Source of the DNA: an uncultured Gemmatimonadales bacterium
GTDB lineage: Bacteria > Gemmatimonadota > Gemmatimonadetes > Gemmatimonadales > Gemmatimonadaceae
DNA: 64,000 nt
Assembly (NCBI GenBank): GCA_963707505.1
Contig: CAVPQB010000003.1
Span: 64,001 to 128,000, forward strand
Reading direction: 5' to 3'
Of the stretch, positions 1 through 12,959 are shown piece after piece. The translations under genes and the position numbers were made by a program. The notes beneath the pieces are model-generated. The model was given only the letters and a program-made list of their open reading frames with translations. It did no database searches and was not told where the DNA came from. How positions within the stretch are numbered: the stretch's first letter is position 1; every line of letters starts with the position of its first letter.

Positions 1-264
1 CTGCGCCGCCAGGTTGTAAATCTCGTCTGGCTGCGTCTCTTGAATGATGCGAATCAGGTTGGTCGCATCCGTCAGGTCACCGTAATGAAGATGAAATCGC
101 GCATGCACATCGTGCGGGTCGGCGTAAATACCGTCCACACGCTGCGTGTTGAACATGGATGATCTGCGCTTGATCCCATGCACCTCGTAGCCCTTGAGGA
201 GGAGAAGTCGCGCAAGATACGCTCCGTCCTGTCCGGTAACTCCGGTAATCAGTGCTGTCCTCAC
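1..264 (-). CDS. gmd: GDP-mannose 4,6-dehydratase, N-terminal part (runs off the window edge)
   Basis: Not in the ORF track. Manual translation from GTG at 264 gives [71 protein letters not shown], the typical Gmd N-terminus. GTGA overlap with the upstream stop. Confidence 0.95.
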   Translation of the reverse strand, partial: MRTALITGVTGQDGAYLARLLLLKGYEVHGIKRRSSMFNTQRVDGIYADPHDVHARFHLHYGDLTDATNLIRIIQETQPDEIYNLAAQ

Positions 265-1293
265 GCGGTAGCCGCGGCAGCCGGCGTCTCGGTGTACACC
301 CGGTACCACTCCACGAATCTTGCAACGCCTTCCTCAATCGCAGTGCCTGGATGGAATCCGACGTCGCGTGCCAGATCGTCGACATCCGCATACGTCGCAG
401 GCACGTCACCCGGCTGCATGTCCCGGAAGTCCTTGATGGCAGGTCGACCCAACTCTTCCTCCAGTACCTCAATCAGGCGAAGTAGCTGCACCGGATTGTT
501 GTTGCCAATGTTGTATATCTGATAGGGCGCTTTGCTTGTCGCGGGATCCGGAGATGCGCCACTCCACATTGGATTTGGTCGCGCGGGCCGATCGAGCACA
601 CGCACGATTCCTTCGACGATGTCATCGACGTACGTGAAATCGCGCTGCATCTTCCCGTGGTTGAAGACCTGGATCGGCTTGCCTTCAAGAATTGCGCGTG
701 CGAATAAGAACAGGGCCATGTCCGGACGGCCCCAAGGTCCATATACCGTGAAGAACCGAAGTCCGGTCGTTGGAACGGCAAATAAGTGAGCGTACGTGTG
801 CGCCATCAGCTCATTCGCCTTCTTCGTGGCCGCATACATGCTGATCGGATGATCGACGTTGTGGTGCACGGAGAACGGCAACTGTGTATTGGCGCCGTAG
901 ACCGACGACGATGACGCGAACACGAGATGCCGTATGCCCACGTTCCGACATCCTTCCAGAACGTTGAGAAATCCGTCGACGTTGCTCCGTACATAGGACC
1001 GCGGGTTGGTCAATGAATATCGTACTCCCGCCTGCGCTGCCAGATTGACCACGCGATCAAAGGCGCGCAGTTCGAAAGAGGCCATCCATTGCGTCGGCGT
1101 CCTCAAGGTCGAGCTTCTTGAATTGGAAGCCGTCAAGTGCCATGAGACGTTGCAGCCGCGCATTCTTCAATCGCACGTCGTAGTACGCATTGAGATTGTC
1201 AACGCCGATCACCTCTTCCCCGCGCGCGATCAAGCGCTGAGTGAGGTGGTAACCAATAAATCCAGCGGCTCCAGTTACGAGAACGCGTGTCAT
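261..1293 (-). CDS. NAD-dependent epimerase (UDP-glucuronate 4-epimerase type), one frameshift near 1075
   Basis: N-terminus [16 protein letters not shown] (ORF 1057-1293) continues in another frame as [43 protein letters not shown] (ORF 261-1163). Confidence 0.9.
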
Positions 1294-1412
1294 GCTTTTT
1301 TATGACGAGTGAGATGATGTTCGCGCGCCCCGGACGAATGTCGCGTGACGCCATGTTGATGCCACGTGCACTCGGCATCGGTCGTCCATGTGATGTTTGC
1401 GGCGGGCAGCAT

Positions 1413-2483
1413 TTAATGGTCTAGCGGCAGCGACACTCGCCGTCCATCACGCGCGGACAGGTAGATTCCCGTCAGCAGTTCCAGCGACTTGAGCCCTTCA
1501 CGTCCATCTGTGTCAGGCTCGGCCCGGCCGCGCAATACGTCCAGCACGTTCTCATAGTACAGGGGGTGGCCGTGGCCGTATACGGATGTCGTCTCGTAGC
1601 TCGCACCGGTCACCAAGTCGTCATCCGGATCGCGATCGGCAAACTGCCATTGCTGGATCTCGTTCACGGCAACACCGCCAACGCGAACGGTGCCACGCTC
1701 GCCGATGATCGTGATCGAGCCCTCCGAGATTCCGCGGGTACGTGAGCATGGTGACGCTCATCGAACCCAGTGCACCCGAGCGCCACTTGATGCTGACGAC
1801 GCCCGTATCCTCTACTTCGATATCCCGTGCGAGCGTTGCTGTGAATGCCTGCACGCTTTCAACCGGCCCAATAAGCCAGTCGAGAAGGTCGACATAGTGA
1901 CTCGCCTGGTTCATGAACGCACCGCCGTCGAACTCCCAGGTACCGCGCCAAGCGGCGCTGTCGTAATAAGACTGCGGCCGGTTCCAGAACACATTCAACG
2001 CAACCATGTATATCCGCCCGAACCGGCGACGGTCGCACGCTCTTTTCAGAAGCTGCAGTGTGGAATTGCGCCGATTCTGTTTCACGACAAAAAGACGCAC
2101 GCCAGCGGCGTCGCACGCCTTCACCATGCCGAGCGCGTCCGTCCATCGCGTCGCCATCGGCTTCTCGGTTACGACGTGCACTCCCTTGCCTGCTGCAATG
2201 GTTGCTTGCTGCGCATGGAGCCCGCTCGGCGTGCATAGCACCGCGACATCTGCGCCCGCCCGATCAAGCATTTCGTCGATGCGGTGAAAGCCCGCTGCGT
2301 TAGTGGATAGCACGGCGCGCTGGAGCGCATCTTCATGACATCGCACACACCCACGATTTCTGCGTCGCCCGCATGCGACCGAAGAGCTTCGAAATGCCGC
2401 TCCGCTATCCGCCCGCATCCAACGACCGCGAATTTGATCTTCCGGTCGGAACTGGGATTCAAAAATGGAATGGTGATGGGCAC
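1413..2483 (-). CDS. Gfo/Idh/MocA oxidoreductase, WbpB/WlbA-like UDP-GlcNAcA 3-dehydrogenase; frameshifts near 2336 and 1724
   Basis: Three ORF pieces join: KFAVVGCGRIAERH / LCTPSGLHA..EKPMATRW..WRGTWEFDGGAFMNQASHYVDLL..TYPRNL / EGSITIIG..SYETTSVYGHGHPLYYENV..EGLKSLELL. GTG start at 2483 is inferred. Confidence 0.85.
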
Positions 2484-2930
2484 TCTCGAATGAACGTAGA
2501 AAAAAAGGCGCGCCGGCAGGGACGTCGCGGCGGTGCTCTGCAATTCGTCGATAACGCCGCCTCACCACCGGAGTACATTTGTGTGAAGCCTGTAAACATC
2601 GCCGATCACACCGTTCCAAGTCAACCAATCACGGGTATTGCCCTAGTCGGTGGCTTCGCTGGATCCGACTCCCAATGCACGCAGGGAGCGAGTGGGCGTG
2701 GCCGTTCGTTCCCGCGCACTCGCGATCTCCGAATCGGCGGAGAATCGGCTGCTCGAGCACCCTCTTGCAAGGTCGCTACTCGTGAGTGTGACGTACCGCA
2801 CCGGTGGAAGGTCATTGTGGGGGTAACCCTGGCGACCGGGTCGCTCGAATTTTGTCTACCTGATAGCTTTCGCCCAGACCGCGAAGCTGAACGCCAGTAG
2901 CGGGGCCGCTCGTCGAACACGAACCCAATC

Positions 2931-4862
2931 GTGATGCGCCACTACCCACTTGTCCGCAATCGTTACCTGATCAGCATAGACGCTATCGGGCTAGCCATGG
3001 CTTCGACTTTGGCGTACACGCTCTGCATCAGTTCCCTCGGTAACTTCTCCGACGGCTACCGGACCATCCTGATCTTCGCGCTCATCGCGATCCCCATAAA
3101 ACTGATAGTCTTTGCCGGAACCGGCCTCTATCGCCGTATCTGGAGCTACGCCAGCGTCGCCGAGCTCGAGCGTATCGTGGGCGGCCTCGTCATCGCCACC
3201 CTGTGTGCTGCAGCCGTCGGGGAGATCGTCGTTCCATTCCTCAAATTCACCTCGCACAGCGTCCCGCTCCCGATCCTGGCGATCGATAGTCTCCTCACCG
3301 GCGCCTTCATCATCACGCCGCGCCTCTTCTTCCGCATTCGTACCTGGCACGGCCAGCAGCGTCGTCGCAACGACGACGTTCGCGCCATCATCGTCGGTGC
3401 CGGCGCCGCCGGCCAGATGATCGCCAAGGAACTGCTGACGAACCCCAAGATGGGTCTCTACCCCGTCGCCTTCGTCGACGACGACGATCGCAAGGCCAAC
3501 CATCGCCTCAATGACATTCCAGTCCTTGGTACGATAGCGGACATAGGACGCGTCGCCCATGAGCGCGACGCCGGTGCCCTCGTCATCGCAATCCCGTCAG
3601 CCCCCGGCTCCCTGACGCGCCGAGTAGTCCAGGCCGCCGCAGACGCTGGCCTCAAAACACGCACTCTCCCACCACTTTCGGACGTTCTGTCCGGTCGCGC
3701 ATCGCCGTCGTCTCTCCGTGACGTCCAGATCGAGGACCTGCTCCGCCGCGAGCCGGTCCAGACCGACCTCGCGGCCGTCCGCAACCTCGGAAAGGGCCGC
3801 ACGGTTCTCGTAACGGGCGCCGGCGGCTCCATCGGCAGCGAACTCTGCCGCCAGCTTGCCCAGCTCGAGCCCGCCATGCTCGTCATACTCGGCCACGGCG
3901 AGAATTCGATCTTCGACATCCAGGCGGAGCTCCGCACATCCCATCCGGGCGTCCCCGTCGTGCCCGTGATCGCAGACATCCGCGACGCCCAGCGCATGCA
4001 TGCGATCTTCGACGACTGTCGTCCATACGCTGTCTTCCACGCCGCCGCACACAAGCATGTGCCGCTCATGGAAGAGAACGTCGTCGAGGCGATCACGAAC
4101 AACATCCACGGCACCACGAATGTCGTGAACGCCGCGATCGACGCCGGCGTCGAGCACTTCGTCCTCATCTCGACCGACAAGGCGGTTCGCCCGACAAGTG
4201 TCATGGGCGCAACGAAACGCCTCGCCGAGCGTGTGGTGCAGCACGCAGCTGTGGCGCACGGGCGCAATTTCGTATCCGTACGCTTCGGAAACGTGCTGGG
4301 AAGCCGAGGCAGCGTCGTGCCGACGTTCTTCCGCCAGATACGCGCTGGCGGGCCCGTAACGGTCACTCATCCCGAGATGCGCCGCTACTTCATGACGATT
4401 CCGGAGTCGGTACAGCTGGTCCTCCAGGCCGGCACGCTAGGACTTGGCGGCGAGGTCTTCGTGCTCGACATGGGCGAGCCTGTCCGGATCGTCGATCTGG
4501 CTACCGATCTCATCCGACTCTGCGGCTTCGAGCCAGGCAAGGACATCGACGTTCAGTTCACTGGCATCCGGCCGGGCGAGAAGCTCTATGAGGAGATGTT
4601 CTTCCACGAGGAGCACGCAGTTCCAACGAACCATCCCAAGCTGCTACGCGCCAAGAAGGCCGGTATTCCCGAAGGCCTGATGCGTCGCATCGATCGGCTG
4701 GTCGCCGCAACCGACACGTCCGAGGAAGAGGAGCTGCGAGAGATGCTGGTAGCGCTGGTACCCGACTTCCAGCGCGAGGCCACCGGCAGCGACTACACGG
4801 CGCGCGACGTCATCCAGTTGCGCCGGACGGGCGACTTCCGCGCAAACAACGCATCGTCATAA
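2931..4862 (+). CDS. Membrane-anchored nucleoside-diphosphate sugar 4,6-dehydratase (PglF/CapD/WbpM family)
   Basis: Four N-terminal TM segments, IVGAGAAG, IEDLLRR, LVTGAGGSIGSELCRQ, FHAAAHKHVPLME, ISTDKAV, VRFGNVLGSRGSV, GIRPGEKLYEE. Confidence 0.95.
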   Translation: MMRHYPLVRNRYLISIDAIGLAMASTLAYTLCISSLGNFSDGYRTILIFALIAIPIKLIVFAGTGLYRRIWSYASVAELERIVGGLVIATLCAAAVGEIVVPFLKFTSHSVPLPILAIDSLLTGAFIITPRLFFRIRTWHGQQRRRNDDVRAIIVGAGAAGQMIAKELLTNPKMGLYPVAFVDDDDRKANHRLNDIPVLGTIADIGRVAHERDAGALVIAIPSAPGSLTRRVVQAAADAGLKTRTLPPLSDVLSGRASPSSLRDVQIEDLLRREPVQTDLAAVRNLGKGRTVLVTGAGGSIGSELCRQLAQLEPAMLVILGHGENSIFDIQAELRTSHPGVPVVPVIADIRDAQRMHAIFDDCRPYAVFHAAAHKHVPLMEENVVEAITNNIHGTTNVVNAAIDAGVEHFVLISTDKAVRPTSVMGATKRLAERVVQHAAVAHGRNFVSVRFGNVLGSRGSVVPTFFRQIRAGGPVTVTHPEMRRYFMTIPESVQLVLQAGTLGLGGEVFVLDMGEPVRIVDLATDLIRLCGFEPGKDIDVQFTGIRPGEKLYEEMFFHEEHAVPTNHPKLLRAKKAGIPEGLMRRIDRLVAATDTSEEEELREMLVALVPDFQREATGSDYTARDVIQLRRTGDFRANNASS

Positions 4863-4910
4863 CGGCACGCGTCCGATGTTGTAAGGGTGGGCGCCCGTGC
4901 CTGCCCCTTA

Positions 4911-6194
<1,284 letters not shown>

Positions 6195-6504
6195 CACAAC
6201 GGCTGCGAATGCAAGCTCTGATCCACGCGACCGCACGGCGATGCATCGGTTTGGGACGGGCTGTAGCACGATGGCCGCGGTACGGCGATCCCAGCGGTGT
6301 CCCGACTGTACGCCTCTAACCCATCGACTAATCGCATGGCGCGCTTGCGGCGACCACGTGCCCTCCATTGTTTAGTTTCCGCCGCGCACTCCCGACTCAC
6401 TGCATTTACGTCCGAGCTGATTCATCACGTTCGTGAATGAGCGAGGCCGGCGGCAGAAAATCCCAGTGGGAGTGATACAGTCTTCGAACCCCAAGGAGGC
6501 ACCA

Positions 6505-7176
6505 ATGGGCGGCACGGAGAGGGTAACACCAAGGCGCGAGTTCATGCGTAACGTGGGTGTCGGCGCAGCGGCGATTGCAGTATCTGCGGTCGGACTACGA
6601 GTCGATGCCGAGCCGATCCTGGCCGGTGGTCCGGAAGACGAGGCGTGGCTGAAGCGACTCACAGGCAAACACAGACAGGTGTTCGACGCCGTCACCCCGA
6701 ATGAAGGATGGGCTCTCGTCTTCGCGACCAACTTCATCGACATGAACATGCAGGCGTACGGACTCAGGCAGTCGGACGTAACAGCAGTGGTGGGACTGCG
6801 TCACATGGCGGCGCCGCTCGCACTGAACGATGCGATGTGGTCCAAGTACAAGCTCGGTGAGATGTTCAAGATCGACGACAGGAGCACGCACGCACCTGCC
6901 ACGCGTAACGTATTCTCGCACCTGCAAACCGGCGACATGCCGATGGCCAGAGCAGGTGTCGAGGAGCTTCTCGCGCGAGGCGCCGTCGTCACGGTATGCA
7001 ATGTGGCGCTCACCGTGATTAGCGGCATGGCCGCGACTGCCGCTGGATTGCCGCCGGAGAACGCAAAGGCTGAGTGGACCGCGAATCTCATTCCTGGCGT
7101 GGTGGTAGTCCCCGCTGGTGTGCTCGCGGTCAATCGCGCGCAGGAGAACCACTGCACGTACTGCTACGCGGGATGA
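6505..7176 (+). CDS. Tat-signal exported protein, DsrE-like fold (function unknown)
   Basis: SD AAGGAGG at 6493-6499. [14 protein letters not shown] twin-arginine signal. Motifs [36 protein letters not shown]. Confidence 0.75.
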   Translation: MGGTERVTPRREFMRNVGVGAAAIAVSAVGLRVDAEPILAGGPEDEAWLKRLTGKHRQVFDAVTPNEGWALVFATNFIDMNMQAYGLRQSDVTAVVGLRHMAAPLALNDAMWSKYKLGEMFKIDDRSTHAPATRNVFSHLQTGDMPMARAGVEELLARGAVVTVCNVALTVISGMAATAAGLPPENAKAEWTANLIPGVVVVPAGVLAVNRAQENHCTYCYAG

Positions 7177-7184
7177 GTTCGCAT

Positions 7185-7235
7185 AGACTGCGATGGCGTG
7201 ATTCCGTTCTCCACGGAATCACGCCATCGCAGTCT
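7185..7235. terminator. Perfect 23-bp stem hairpin between convergent transcripts
   Basis: AGACTGCGATGGCGTGATTCCGT-TCTCC-ACGGAATCACGCCATCGCAGTCT. No U-tract. Confidence 0.6.
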
Positions 7236-7294
7236 CGTGTCATCGCGCACATCCATCGTAAATCCGTGCGTCGCGGACGGGATGGAGGGAATCA

Positions 7295-7381
7295 CGGACA
7301 GAGAGGGATTCGAACCCTCGATACGCTTTCACGTATACACGCTTTCCAGGCGTGCGCCTTCAACCGCTCGGCCACCTGTCC
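7295..7381 (-). tRNA. tRNA-Ser(GGA)
   Basis: GGACAGGTGGCCGAGCGGTTGAAGGCGCACGCCT-GGA-AAGCGTGT, long variable arm, GTTCGAATCC T-loop, discriminator G, CCA not encoded. Confidence 0.97.
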
Positions 7382-7412
7382 AACAGTAATTCGCTACTAA
7401 TAAAGCACTGAC

Positions 7413-7450
7413 AAAAAACGAAGCCGCCGTCCCGGTGCGTGACGGCGGCT
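7413..7450 (-). terminator. Rho-independent terminator after tRNA-Ser(CGA)
   Basis: Stem AGCCGCCGTC/GACGGCGGCT followed on the minus strand by TCGTTTTTT. Confidence 0.7.
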
Positions 7451-7458
7451 CGAAAAAA

Positions 7459-7545
7459 CGGACAGGGAGAGATTCGAACTCTCGATACCCTTGCAGGTAT
7501 GCCGGTTTTCGAGACCGGTGCATTCAACCGCTCTGCCACCTGTCC
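7459..7545 (-). tRNA. tRNA-Ser(CGA)
   Basis: GGACAGGTGGCAGAGCGGTTGAATGCACCGGTCT-CGA-AAACCGG, long variable arm, GTTCGAATCT T-loop, discriminator G. Confidence 0.97.
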
Positions 7546-7582
7546 AGATCGGGGTGGTGAGCCGCCGATTCCACAGCCTAGC

Positions 7583-7611
7583 AACATAGCCAGCCGGCAC
7601 AGGCCAGTCAA
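7583..7611 (-). promoter_or_regulatory. sigma70-type promoter for the tRNA
   Basis: TTGACT-17 nt-TATGTT on the minus strand, 37 nt upstream of the tRNA 5' end. Confidence 0.7.
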
Positions 7612-7845
7612 CGAAGCCACTCAGCCATTTATCCACATGAAACGATGACGCGTTTCCGTGGACCCCGCGCAACAGGTTGTTGTGACCGTCCCGCACAGTA
7701 CACCGGGAACATCTGGCGGACAGGTCGACCGTGCTGGCCCGCGGACGCAGCGCGAACGTCGGCACGCTCAGCGTAACTCTTTGACACCAAACGTCTTGAG
7801 GCTCTTTCCAGGCAACACCGCGTAAAGCCGCCCCGCCATCGGTAT

Positions 7846-7862
7846 GACAGTTGCCAACTGTC
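7846..7862. promoter_or_regulatory. Palindromic operator-like site upstream of the PEP-CTERM gene
   Basis: GACAGTTG-C-CAACTGTC, a perfect 8-bp inverted repeat with a 1-nt spacer. Confidence 0.5.
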
Positions 7863-7922
7863 GGCACGCTTCACCGAGCCCCGCACCTCCTTCGACGCTT
7901 CTTACCAATCCGGAGAACGTTA

Positions 7923-8558
7923 ATGCGTACGTCCCGTATCATCCGCACCACCTCCCTCGCGTTCGGCTGCTTTCTCGCCGCTTCCCCCCTCGTCGCGCAG
8001 TCGAACACCGGTGCCGGCATCTCGCCCGGTGCTTCGGATCCCAACTGGAGCGTCAGCTGGGCTGGCGCAACGGCCGGCCTCTCCACCGGCAGCGGCCAGG
8101 CCGTGGAAGTCGTCTCGCCTCCAGGTGCCTGGGCAAACACGTCGCCGACATCATTCTGGATCAGCACCAACTCGTCCGCCAGCCTTGCCGGCGGCACGGG
8201 CGACAACGTGCAGCGCTACAGTTATATCTGGACCGGCGACTTCACCAGCGGTTCGACTTCACCGCTGCAGATGACGGTGTGGACCGACAACTTCTTCCAC
8301 AGCTTCACGTTCAACGGCGTCACCACGACCGTGACTCCCGATCCGGCGCCCGGTGACTTCAGTCAGCCGACGCCGCGCGTCTTCACTCTCGATCCAACTG
8401 CCGGCGCCAACACGCTCTCGCTGAACACCAGCGGCGATGGACAGACTGACGCCATCAACGTGAGCTTCACTTCGACCCCCGAGCCAAGCTCGATGGCTCT
8501 CCTCGGCACCGGCCTCATCGGTCTGGTTCCAATGATCCGCCGCAAGCGTAAGATCTGA
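7923..8558 (+). CDS. PEP-CTERM sorting-domain surface protein
   Basis: Signal peptide (..LAASPLVA-Q), Ser/Thr/Gly-rich beta-type body, C-terminal STPEPSSMALLGTGLIGLVPMIRRKRKI. GGAGA SD. Confidence 0.92.
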   Translation: MRTSRIIRTTSLAFGCFLAASPLVAQSNTGAGISPGASDPNWSVSWAGATAGLSTGSGQAVEVVSPPGAWANTSPTSFWISTNSSASLAGGTGDNVQRYSYIWTGDFTSGSTSPLQMTVWTDNFFHSFTFNGVTTTVTPDPAPGDFSQPTPRVFTLDPTAGANTLSLNTSGDGQTDAINVSFTSTPEPSSMALLGTGLIGLVPMIRRKRKI

Positions 8559-8581
8559 ATCTCCGTCGCTTAGGTTGATCA

Positions 8582-8629
8582 GAAAGCAAGAAAGGGAGCC
8601 GCTCATCCGCGGCTCCCTTTCTTGCTTTC
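8582..8629. terminator. Bidirectional terminator, perfect 21-bp stem
   Basis: GAAAGCAAGAAAGGGAGCCGC-TCATCC-GCGGCTCCCTTTCTTGCTTTC between the convergent PEP-CTERM gene and tadA. Confidence 0.85.
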
Positions 8630-8652
8630 GTCACAGACCTCTCCCCCCAACT

Positions 8653-9106
8653 TCAATCGCCGCGGCGCATCTCGAAGAATTCGGTGAGTACCGCGCCGCA
8701 CTCGTTCTCGAGCGCGCCAGCAAGCACTTCGGGCCGATGATTCAGCTTCGGATGCCTCAATAGATCGCCTACAGATCCAGCCATCCCAGCCTTGACGTCC
8801 CACGCGCCAAACACGACTCGATCGACGCGCGCCAACACCATGGCACCGGCACACATCGCACACGGCTCAAGCGTCACGTAGAGCGTACAGCCTTCGAGTC
8901 GCCAGCTCCCCAACGCATGCGACGCATCGCGGATCGCAATCATCTCCGCGTGCGCCGTTGGGTCGTTGTCGCGCAGCGTTCGGTTCGCACCACGCCCGAC
9001 TATCTGGTCGCCACGCACGACTACCGCGCCGACCGGAACTTCTCCGGCCGCCGCGGCCGCGCGCGCCAGTTCCAGTGCCTGACGCAGATACTCGACGTCC
9101 TGACTG

Positions 9107-9120
<14 letters not shown>
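8653..9120 (-). CDS. tadA: tRNA adenosine(34) deaminase; probable CTG start
   Basis: [25 protein letters not shown]. The in-frame upstream extension [22 protein letters not shown] reaches CTG 9120, with an in-frame stop just upstream. Confidence 0.92.
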
Positions 9121-11709
<2,589 letters not shown>

Positions 11710-11721
11710 GCCCGAATAATG

Positions 11722-11759
11722 TGCAATCGCGGTGCCTTGGATGTCTGCCGAAACGGCAG
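11722..11759 (-). promoter_or_regulatory. sigma54-like -24/-12 promoter with adjacent inverted repeat, upstream of clpB
   Basis: Minus strand AGGCAC-CGCGA-TTGCA (GG-N10-GC) at 11737-11722. CTGCCG-AAA-CGGCAG at 11745-11759. Confidence 0.6.
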
Positions 11760-11764
11760 GCAGT

Positions 11765-11804
11765 GCCGCAGGGCGCGGATATATATCCGCGCGCGGCCTT
11801 TTTT
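11765..11804 (+). terminator. Terminator-like hairpin with U-tract on the plus strand
   Basis: GCCGC..GCGCGGATATATATCCGCGC..GCGGC followed by CTTTTTT. Confidence 0.5.
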
Positions 11805-11825
11805 ACGGGCGATCGAGCTCGATTG

Positions 11826-12119
11826 CTACCGCCGCGCCCTGTCCTGCGGCCTGAAGCACACGTCGATCATCCACGGCGTCAGGTCCGACGTCACCGCTTT
11901 GATTGCATCCCGGCTCACCGGCGTGTGCGCGTCGAACGCGGCTGTCTGAACCGCCGACTTGAGCGTAACCAGCATCGTCTGAGGGGGGACGCCAGTGGAG
12001 TACATGGCCATGCACGCCTCCTTCACAGCGAAGCGAACCTCGTCCCGCGTGGCGTCGTGCTCCAGGTACCGGCGGAGCGTCGCGACCAGGGCAATCACTT
12101 CCGGGCTATCGCTGGTCAT
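11826..12119 (-). CDS. Small helical hypothetical protein
   Basis: Protein-like 97-aa ORF MTSDSPEVIALV..GVPPQTMLVTLKSAV..LTPWMIDVCF. Confidence 0.6.
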   Translation of the reverse strand: MTSDSPEVIALVATLRRYLEHDATRDEVRFAVKEACMAMYSTGVPPQTMLVTLKSAVQTAAFDAHTPVSRDAIKAVTSDLTPWMIDVCFRPQDRARR

Positions 12120-12274
12120 GCAACATGGTTGCACCAAGTTCGATTTTGCGCCAGCCCAAAGATTCAGTCATGAGGCGGAGCGCGTTCCGGCGGAGCTGAC
12201 CGCCGGAGCGCGTAGCGACGTCAAACGCCGTCGAGTACTCTCGCGGTCCGCAGTTCGCTCTGTATCTTCTGGAC

Positions 12275-12505
12275 ATGGAAACGGGTCGCGGCGGAGCCGC
12301 AGTGCCACAGTGGCGTGCGCTATGTAACGACGACGAGATCGGACGCGCTCACTATCTCGACGCAGCGATGGCGCTCGCTCGCATCCACGCCGGCGTCGCA
12401 CTGGACTGGGCGGGCGATATTGCAACGCTGGGCAGCACCGCCCGGTTGCCGGACGGCCGGGTCTATCGCGTCGAACCGTCTGGTCCTCGCGAAGTTGCGA
12501 AGTAG
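12275..12505 (+). CDS. Small hypothetical protein (probably leaderless)
   Basis: 76-aa ORF with TATCTT-6 nt-ATG upstream, the same arrangement as at recO and the DUF151 gene. Confidence 0.5.
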   Translation: METGRGGAAVPQWRALCNDDEIGRAHYLDAAMALARIHAGVALDWAGDIATLGSTARLPDGRVYRVEPSGPREVAK

Positions 12506-12569
12506 CGAAGACAGAGAGGCGCGGCGAGCGGTGCGGCGAGACGCACGGCGGGAGCGGTCGGGGGATGGC

Positions 12570-12914
12570 ATGATCGAAGGCATAGTGGCGATGTTCGCGC
12601 CGTTCACCGCGTTGTCGAAACAGCTCCAGACGCTGTTCCAGCTCGAGCGTCCGCCGGCGGTACGCAAGGAGCACGGCAGGCTCGAGATTCTGTTGCGCGG
12701 TACCGGAATGACCGATGCGCCAATCTCAGAGCGGGTCGCGACCGCGCATCAGATATCGGACGCCGCGCGCCCGCTGATCCGCGAGCACCGCAAACGCGAG
12801 CACAGACGCTACGCCGACCGGGCAATCGCCGTAAGCTTCGAAGATGAGCAGGTGATGGATGCGGGGATCGCCACGTCGAGGTTCACCTACGTCGCGCTGA
12901 TGCCGCACGACTGA
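12570..12914 (+). CDS. Hypothetical protein
   Basis: 114 aa from ATG 12570 with GGGGA upstream. Protein-like alpha/beta pattern, ends just before a terminator hairpin. Confidence 0.55.
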   Translation: MIEGIVAMFAPFTALSKQLQTLFQLERPPAVRKEHGRLEILLRGTGMTDAPISERVATAHQISDAARPLIREHRKREHRRYADRAIAVSFEDEQVMDAGIATSRFTYVALMPHD

Positions 12915-12915
12915 C

Positions 12916-12959
12916 AAAAAAATAGGGGCCGCCGAATGTGGTCATTCGCGTACCCCTAT
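12916..12959 (-). terminator. Rho-independent terminator
   Basis: ATAGGGG..CGAATG-TGGT-CATTCG..CCCCTAT stem with an A7 run on its left (U-tract on the minus strand). Confidence 0.6.

Noticed and set aside
2893..2903. ops/JUMPStart-like GCCAGTAGCGG before the PglF-like gene
   Set aside because: Too many mismatches to GGCGGTAG to support a call.
7177..7300. tRNA-anchored prophage or integrative element
   Set aside because: No integrase and no duplicated tRNA 3' end (att) seen in the window.
11710..11825. CIRCE or HAIR heat-shock operators upstream of clpB
   Set aside because: Neither TTAGCACTC-N9-GAGTGCTAA nor CTTGAGT-N7-ACTCAAG is present.
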